Below are positions 50,771 through 58,100 of a stretch of 64,000 bases of DNA, piece by piece. The stretch is from contig CAVQBK010000003.1 in assembly GCA_963710755.1 (NCBI GenBank), positions 320,001-384,000 of the forward strand. Direction: 5' to 3'. How positions within the stretch are numbered: position 1 is the first letter of the stretch; each line of letters opens with the position of its first letter. The position numbers and the translations under genes are program-made. The DNA comes from an uncultured bacterium (lineage in GTDB: Bacteria; Oederibacteriota; JAAXVQ01; JAUVAV01). Below the pieces are notes generated by a model that worked only from the letters and a program-made list of their open reading frames with translations, was not told the DNA's origin and did not search any database.

Positions 50771-51892
50771 ATGAGCAAAGGATTTTATTTTAGCCGGGCC
50801 TGGTCTATCAGCAAGAAGGAATTCCGGCATTTTATACGCGATCCCTTTACCTTGGCCCTGGCTTTGGGTGTGCCCATGATGTTGGTCATCTTTTTTGGCT
50901 ATTCCATTGACTTCAATGTCAAAGACGTACAGCTGGTTAGTGTAGACCAGGATCACAGCCGCGCTTCCCGGCAACTTTTGGATATTATCAACAGCACCCA
51001 GTATATCCAAACCGAACCATTGGCGCCGGGAGAAAACATGCTGGCCAAAATGGACAGGGAAGAAGCCAAGGGGACGATGATCATCCAACCTCGTTTTGGC
51101 CGTCATCTGGGGCAAAGCCGTCCCAGCCAGGTTCAGATTCTTCTCGACGGTGCTGATAATGCCAGTACGGGTATTATCCTCAGTTATCTGGCAGGCATTG
51201 AAAAATCGGCACAGGCGCAATTGTTGGGGCACAAGCTGCCCGAACCAGTGGCCGTAAAAGCGCGTTATTTATTCAATCCCGAACTCAACAGCAAATGGTT
51301 TGTAGTGCCCGGGTTGATTGTGGTGGTGATTGGGATTTTTTCAATTTTATTAACCGCGTTGACTGTGGCCCGGGAATGGGAAACCGGGTCCATGGAATTG
51401 TTATTATCCACCCCGGTCAGGCCCCTGGAAATCATTGTGGGCAAACTAACCCCCTATTTTGGGTTGGTTTCCTTGAATGTTTTTGTCATCTATTTAATCG
51501 CCCGACTCCAATTTGGCCTGCCTTTCCGAGGGAGTCATTGGCTGTTTATTTTGGGTGCCAGTTTGTTTTTGATCATGTGTCTGGCCCAGGGTCTGGTTAT
51601 TTCCGTTCTGACCCGTCAACAGCAACTGGCCATGCAATTGGCCCTGATCACCGGCATGCTTCCCACGTTTTTATTGTCAGGGTTTATTTTCCCCATTGAA
51701 AGCATGCCGTCCTTTTTTCAATACTTGACCTACATCCTGGCTCCCCGCTGGTTCATGGTGATCAGCCGGGGATTGTTTCTCAAGGGCGCCGGTTTGCAGG
51801 AGTTGGCTCAGCCGCTGCTCATGCTGCTTATTATCAGCAGTCTGATCGTGGCGGTGGCTTTAAAACGGTTTAAAAAGGATCTGGAACCATGA
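50771..51892 (+). CDS. ABC-2 permease (YbhS-like)
   Basis: KEFRH..RDP, AREWETGSME, LLSGFIFPI.SMP. Confidence 0.92.
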   Translation: MSKGFYFSRAWSISKKEFRHFIRDPFTLALALGVPMMLVIFFGYSIDFNVKDVQLVSVDQDHSRASRQLLDIINSTQYIQTEPLAPGENMLAKMDREEAKGTMIIQPRFGRHLGQSRPSQVQILLDGADNASTGIILSYLAGIEKSAQAQLLGHKLPEPVAVKARYLFNPELNSKWFVVPGLIVVVIGIFSILLTALTVAREWETGSMELLLSTPVRPLEIIVGKLTPYFGLVSLNVFVIYLIARLQFGLPFRGSHWLFILGASLFLIMCLAQGLVISVLTRQQQLAMQLALITGMLPTFLLSGFIFPIESMPSFFQYLTYILAPRWFMVISRGLFLKGAGLQELAQPLLMLLIISSLIVAVALKRFKKDLEP

Positions 51893-52989
51893 ACAGCACT
51901 ATTATGGGGTTCATTAAAAAGGAATTTGCCCAGACCCTGCGCGATCCGCGCATGCGTCTGCTTTTGTTCGTGGCGCCCATTATCCAATTGCTCTTGTTGG
52001 GTTACGCCATTTCCAATGAAGTGAAGAATGTGAAACTGGCGGTGCTTTACAGCGTTGGGGATACCTTGTCAGAAAAAATTGAGGAACATTGCGCTCACAT
52101 TGAGAGTTTTCGCCTTATTGACGGACGGGGACAGGATCCCATGTTTTTGATCGAGTCCGGCCAGGCTGATGCCGTGCTGATCGCTCCGGCCCGGGGGTTG
52201 ACCCGCACCCTTGCCCGAGGGGAGGGACGCCTGCAATTGCTGATTGATGCCACCAATGTGCTGCGCGCGCGCAGTGTGGAACAATATGTGCGGGCAATTG
52301 TAGCTAAGACCGTAGCAGGACAATTTTCCGGTTTAGCCAGCCCGGTACCTTTTTCCTTCGATGTACGCGTGCTTTATAATCCGGCCATGAACACCTCTTA
52401 TTTTCTAGTTCCCGGCGTCATGGCCTTGCTGCTATGTCTGCTCACAGTCATCATGACCAGCATGTCCCTGGTGCGCGAACGGGAATTGGGCACCTTTGAA
52501 ACCCTGGTCAGTGCTCCGGTTAGCAACAGCGAAATTCTGCTGGGCAAGACCCTGCCTTATGTGCTGTTGGGCATAATGCAGATGCTGCTTATTCTTATGG
52601 CAGCGCTTTTTATCTTCCGGCTGCCCATGACCGGCGCGTGGTGGAAATTTGCCCTGGCGGCGGTGGTGTATATCTGCACGACCATTGCCGTGGGGATTTT
52701 TATCTCCACCATTGCCCGCAATCAACAACAAGCCATGATGGGCAGCTTCATGTTTCTTTTTTCCGGCATCCTGCTGTCAGGGTTGATGTTTCCCGTAGAG
52801 AATATGCCGGAGGTGATCAGGGGCATTGCCTATCTTAATCCCATCAAGTATTTTTTAACTTTACTGCGTAACATTATGCTAAAAGGCGGGGATAATATGG
52901 TGTTCTGGACTAATTTGGGGGCGCTGGTCCTGCTGGCTGTGGGCATGATGGGATTATCGCTCAACCGCTTCCGGCAAACCTTAAATTAA
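51889..52989 (+). CDS. ABC-2 permease (YbhR-like)
   Basis: KEF.Q..RD, RERELGTFE, LLSG..FP.ENMP. Confidence 0.92.
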   Translation: MNSTIMGFIKKEFAQTLRDPRMRLLLFVAPIIQLLLLGYAISNEVKNVKLAVLYSVGDTLSEKIEEHCAHIESFRLIDGRGQDPMFLIESGQADAVLIAPARGLTRTLARGEGRLQLLIDATNVLRARSVEQYVRAIVAKTVAGQFSGLASPVPFSFDVRVLYNPAMNTSYFLVPGVMALLLCLLTVIMTSMSLVRERELGTFETLVSAPVSNSEILLGKTLPYVLLGIMQMLLILMAALFIFRLPMTGAWWKFALAAVVYICTTIAVGIFISTIARNQQQAMMGSFMFLFSGILLSGLMFPVENMPEVIRGIAYLNPIKYFLTLLRNIMLKGGDNMVFWTNLGALVLLAVGMMGLSLNRFRQTLN

Positions 52990-53091
52990 ATGGTCTGCGC
53001 AACGCCTGAGGAAATCCGAGCCCATAGTCAAAAATTCCATCCACACTTTTATTCAACGAACGCCTCCGTACTGTCTGGCGAGGAAGCATTT

Positions 53092-53616
53092 TCATTTCAG
53101 GCTAAAATTTTCCTTTAGGACTCTTTCCAATAGCTTTTTATCCTCGGCCGACATCTGGGCGCCCGCGTTTTTTATCAATTTAAGGCGTGTGTTCAATCCT
53201 TCCACCATTTGATTAAAGGCCCTCTCCATATCGTGCAATTCGTCATGCTGCCGGATATGCATGGAGATATTCAACTCCCCATTTTCCACTGTTTTGAGCA
53301 TACGCTTTAAATTGAACAGCGGCCCGGCAATGCGATGGGAGTAGAGCAGGCCAAAGACCAAAACAAAGATAACCCCCAGAATAAGGGCAATTAAAATCGG
53401 CAGCCAGAGTCCTTCCAAAACGGATTTAAGTTGAAGATGCCACGATGTTCCCTGAAGCATGGTCTTGGCATGGTGTGATGACATTAATTCGGCAAAGCCC
53501 ATAGCCAAACCATGGGCAATCAGCAATACACCCAAAACCAACAAACAGATGTACACGATCATTTTGGTTTGCAAAGGTTTGTTGATTAAATATTGACGCC
53601 GTCTATTTTTTTCCAT
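53092..53616 (-). CDS. Two-TM HAMP-domain protein without output domain
   Basis: RRRQYLI...Q N-terminus; SHRIAGPL...G.L....R..DEL...FN.M. Confidence 0.85.
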   Translation of the reverse strand: MEKNRRRQYLINKPLQTKMIVYICLLVLGVLLIAHGLAMGFAELMSSHHAKTMLQGTSWHLQLKSVLEGLWLPILIALILGVIFVLVFGLLYSHRIAGPLFNLKRMLKTVENGELNISMHIRQHDELHDMERAFNQMVEGLNTRLKLIKNAGAQMSAEDKKLLERVLKENFSLK

Positions 53617-53681
53617 GATTACAAATCCTTTCTGTGCGATGCTGTGACCTCTGCCAATGTCAGCGGCTTAAACAGCCCACT

Positions 53682-54131
53682 TTAAATGAGATTGGGCTTT
53701 TGCAGATAAAAATCCTTTAAAAATTCGTCAAAGATAGCCTGGTCGTCATCGGCCACTGCGGTAAATTCCACGCCATAAGCAAATTTATTGCCTGCAAAAG
53801 GCAGTCGCCAGACGATCCGGCTCTGAATCTGGACAGGAATGCACTCTTCTTCATGCCAGGCGGTCAAACTCAGATCGGGTGACCGTTTTTCCTTGGGCGG
53901 AAGATAAAGTATGATCGACAGTTTCTGGCCTTTTTCCATTTTTAGATCACTGAACAGGGCCAAGCCATTGGCACTGATGTTTTCAGAGCGTCCGCCATCA
54001 ATACAACCGGAATCGGCGACATTGATAGAATCCGTTGGGATAAGGTTAAATTTCAGGCTCAGGGTCAGTGGTTTTCTGGGAAACCGGCGCCGTTCCGCAA
54101 TTATATGACTTTTATATTCATTGGGCGTCAT
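53682..54131 (-). CDS. PilZ domain protein
   Basis: ERRRFPR, NISANG, IVW, YGVEF. Confidence 0.92.
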   Translation of the reverse strand: MTPNEYKSHIIAERRRFPRKPLTLSLKFNLIPTDSINVADSGCIDGGRSENISANGLALFSDLKMEKGQKLSIILYLPPKEKRSPDLSLTAWHEEECIPVQIQSRIVWRLPFAGNKFAYGVEFTAVADDDQAIFDEFLKDFYLQKPNLI

Positions 54132-54257
54132 AGGCTCTATGCTCCGTCATAGGTCTTGATTTCCAGGACCTGCATTTAGTATCGGAAGGGCGTAGGAGGG
54201 CTTGAAATATATTTTTTAGTTTTTTGAAGTAAACACCAGGCTCCTGTCCTGGGCAAA

Positions 54258-54695
54258 CTATTGGGCGAAGTTGGGGATATGCATATCAAAATCGTTTAAA
54301 AATTCCTGAAAGGCTGATTTGGATGCCGGCGCAATGGCTGTGAATTCCACCCCGTAAGCATATTTGCTGCCAATAAAGGGCATCTGCCAGACAATACGGC
54401 CCTGAATGCTTACTTTAACTGTCTCACTTTCTTCCCACGTCATTTGGCTTAGATCGCCACGCCGCTTGTCCTGGGGTGGCAGATAAAGGGTCAAGTTAAG
54501 TTTATCGTCAGGACGCAATTCCAATTCACTGTAAAGCGCCAGCCCACTGGCACTGATATTCTGGGTTTGCGTGATTTTTTGTGAGCGCACAATATCTTCT
54601 CCGCATTTGGCTGCAAAGGTCAGGCTAAGACTGATGGGTTTGCGCGGGAACTGACGCCGTTCCGAAAACTCCTCGAAAATGGGAGGTTCACTCAT
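54258..54695 (-). CDS. PilZ domain protein (paralog)
   Basis: ERRQFPR, NISASG, IVW, YGVEF; start MSEPP after AGGAG. Confidence 0.92.
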   Translation of the reverse strand: MSEPPIFEEFSERRQFPRKPISLSLTFAAKCGEDIVRSQKITQTQNISASGLALYSELELRPDDKLNLTLYLPPQDKRRGDLSQMTWEESETVKVSIQGRIVWQMPFIGSKYAYGVEFTAIAPASKSAFQEFLNDFDMHIPNFAQ

Positions 54696-54956
54696 GAAGT
54701 CACTCCTGTGAAAACTGGTACTGACGCCATGTTTAGTAACGGATAACCTTGTAAAATCATAAAAGAATTCCTGAGGCCAAGCATACGCTTCCTGGCCGCG
54801 CCTTGCGATTTCTGTAAATAGGTTTTCGCTCCACCAAGCCATCAAATTTCCTGCAGATGAATGGGAACGTAGTAAAAAACAACCAATTAAACTGTTACAA
54901 AATAGATCAGAGCAGAGGCAATATGCGGACAAACTGATTATTGCATAAGCCGGGAT

Positions 54957-54985
54957 TTGACCCGCATTTGGAATGACGGTATAGT
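54957..54985 (+). promoter_or_regulatory. Putative sigma70 promoter of the large gene
   Basis: TTGACC-17 bp-TATAGT. Confidence 0.6.
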
Positions 54986-55113
54986 TAATGGATGCGTTAT
55001 TTCTTTAAATTAAGGCAAATACGATAAATGACAACCAGGGCAGCAAAGGAAGCGACGCCATGAGGAGTGGCGACCGACGGCTGCCTGACCAAGGCTGTTA
55101 GGGAAAAATTGCG

Positions 55114-58100
55114 ATGACCATCAGGACCTTATTTAAACATCAGGCGTTACGTTTATTGGTAACCATCCTGCAGCTCTGTCTGCTGGCTCCTGATTATGCT
55201 TGGGCTTTGCATCCAGGCCAGTTTAGGGCGCGGCCCAACGAATTCATCTTCCACGGCAAGGCGATGATTATTCCGAGTCAATTTGGCCGGATTCAAAGCC
55301 AGGCGCTGGCGACCCGGCCCAAAGGGCTGGTGCTGCATATCGAAGATCTGCACTGTCACGCCGAGGTTCAGCAAAACATTGCCTCATTACTAAACTATCT
55401 GCAGGTCCATACCCGTCTGAGTCTGGTGGGGCTGGAAGGCGCCAGCGGGCCGGTACCCACCGATAAACTTAAAACCTTTCCACTTGCTCAGATCAGATCC
55501 CAACTCGGCGTCTATTTAATGCGACAAGGCCGCCTATCGGGCGCGGAATTATTTGCAACTTTAAGTTCAAATCATATTGAGTTGATGGGCATGGAGGATC
55601 AGACCAGCTATGACCGAAGTTATCAATTGGCGCTGAGTTTTTTAGACGAAGAAACAGCAGGGAGTCTATGGGATTTGCGCGCTTTGTTCAATGACCTCAA
55701 ACCACGAATTTATTCCAAACCGTTAATGGCTTTCGATCAGGGCAAGGAAGCTTTTGAACAAGGCCGGTGGCCTTTGATTAATTATTTAAAGCACCTCAAA
55801 CGCTTTGCCCGGGCGCAAGGCATGAAGGGTAAGGCTTTTACTCTTGTAAACGCTTATTTAAAATATGGTCAATCAAACTTCATTACCTCAGAAGACCTTC
55901 ATGAGGCTGCGTACGTTTTAGACCGGTCGCTTAGAAACAACCTTTATATAAATAATGAAGAAAAGGAGTTGGACGATAAGCTAAACCTGTTGGACCGGAT
56001 GGAAAAAGGACTGTCACTGAGCATGACGCCGCAGGAGTGGACGGCTTGGCAAACAGAAGGAAACGGGCTGAAGCAAATGGTCCGTTTTTTAGAGCATCAT
56101 CAAGTGGATGTGCAAATGCTGCTCGAGCCGGTGGCCGCGCTAGGAAAAAAAATCAAGGCTGTTCAAGCGTTTTACTATTTAGCGGATGAGCGAAGCCGGC
56201 AATTGGCGGATCATCTGACGATCCAAATGAAAAACCGCGGTCTGCCTTTGGCTGTGCTTGTCACTGGAGGATTTCATACAAGCGGGGTAAAACAACGGTT
56301 GATCAACCAGGGATATTCGGTAGTAACTATCCGTCCCAGAATCACCAAACAAGACCTGGTCAACCCTTACCTGGATAGGCTGCGCCATCATTATTCCCCT
56401 TTGGAAAAATTGCTGGCCCAGAATCAAAAAGCTCTGGCTCTTCCTCCCGGGCTGTTGCAGCCTGAGGTCAAAGATAAAATCGATGTGCTCTTTAAAGCTC
56501 TGCTTTGTTATCGCTATCGCCATCTTTTAGCTGAAGATGTTAACTTATTTTGGTCCCAACTGAGGAAAATGTTGGACACTTATCCTCATAACAATCACGC
56601 CATTCAACTAAATGCGTCGGGGGTTAAACTTCTTTCCGGGCAGGTTCTGCAAATTAATCTGTTAACCAAGATAAAAAAAATGTTTCTGACCGTAGGGGCA
56701 AGACAAGAGCAAGCCCAAGGTCGCGAACAGATGGATATTACCAATCGCATCAGCGTTACCTACTGGGATAAGGAGCCTGCCGAGGCTAGTCCGGGGTATC
56801 GGGCGGGGGAGAATAATAGGCGCCGGCGCTTTCACCACGCCAAAACCAAAGTCCTCACCGTGGCTAGGGGCTTAATGATAGCAACCATGAGTTGGTGGTC
56901 TCAGACCGTTTGGGGTAATCCATCGGGGTATCGCAAAATAGTGGCTTTGGAAGATGTGGTTTTCTCGCAAGAAATGTTGACCATCCTCGTGATCCTGTGG
57001 GTGGCTTTTGCCGGATTTTGGGCTGTAGTGGGCGTGGTGCACTGGATAATCAAGATTATTAAAAATGGGAAAAAGCAAAAAAACGCTCAACCGCCTGAGG
57101 CGTTTTATCCCGGCGTCACGTTGTCCCAAAAACTGGATAACTATTATGAACACCAGATTCATTCCAAATTAGACAAAAATCAAATCGACCTTTATGCCCT
57201 TTATCTTCTCTCGCTGGACCACACCAAAAGCACGACCCAGAACATGATCTTCCGTGAATTCCTTAATCGTGAAAATGGTCTTGATTATATGATTTTTAAA
57301 AAAGAGGCTATCATCGAGGCGGCACAACAGTTGGCGAGATCGACAGATTACCCCAAGGAAAAAATTATGGCCATTCCCAAGACCATCAGTAACGCCATTG
57401 ATGGAATTAAAAATCAATACCAAGTTGTACCCAAAGCCCTGGCCAAGTTGGTGCAGTACCATTTACCAGGTCTGATTGATTTATCGGCGTTTTTGTCCGG
57501 TCTGGCGGTAAAACAACAGCTGAAGTTTAAAAATGGCCAATTGGAAGCCTGGCAGGATTACGGGCTGGCCCAGCATAAGGCAGGTGTGGTCAACACACCG
57601 GCAGGTCCTTTGGTAAGTTTCCAATTTCCTTTTGATGAAGAGACCCATACTGGAAAAAGTGAACGGTTTTTTCAAGGCGCCTTAATTTCGCTGCTGCTCT
57701 TATCCATGGCTATGGTTACAGGCCTGTTCACCCCCACGCTACCGTCAGGTATGGTCTCACTGGTATCGCGTCATTTACCACTTTGGCTGGGGATAAAAGT
57801 GCTCAATTTATTTGTTTTGGTCCCACAGTTGATGTTGGCCGGTGTGGCTGCAGGCTTGCTACTTTTTATTTTGCATATGTGGGGACAGTATGCTCTTTTT
57901 TTACGATCAGGGCCAAGTGCGCCTTGGATAATCATGAGCAGTTCCTTATTGCAAGGTATGGCACTGGGTTTGGGCTCTTTCTCCACTTCCCGGACAAGGC
58001 AGCCTGGTGTTGGAAATAAGAAGCATCTTTTTTGGGGAAACCTGCATCAACTTGGTTTGATTGAATCGATTCGTAAAATGGCGAAAAAAATAAACCAACG

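Noticed and set aside
54696-54932. 78-aa N-terminal extension of the PilZ ORF
   Set aside because: A good RBS precedes MSEPP at 54695 and the paralog lacks the extension; the region is the divergent promoter.
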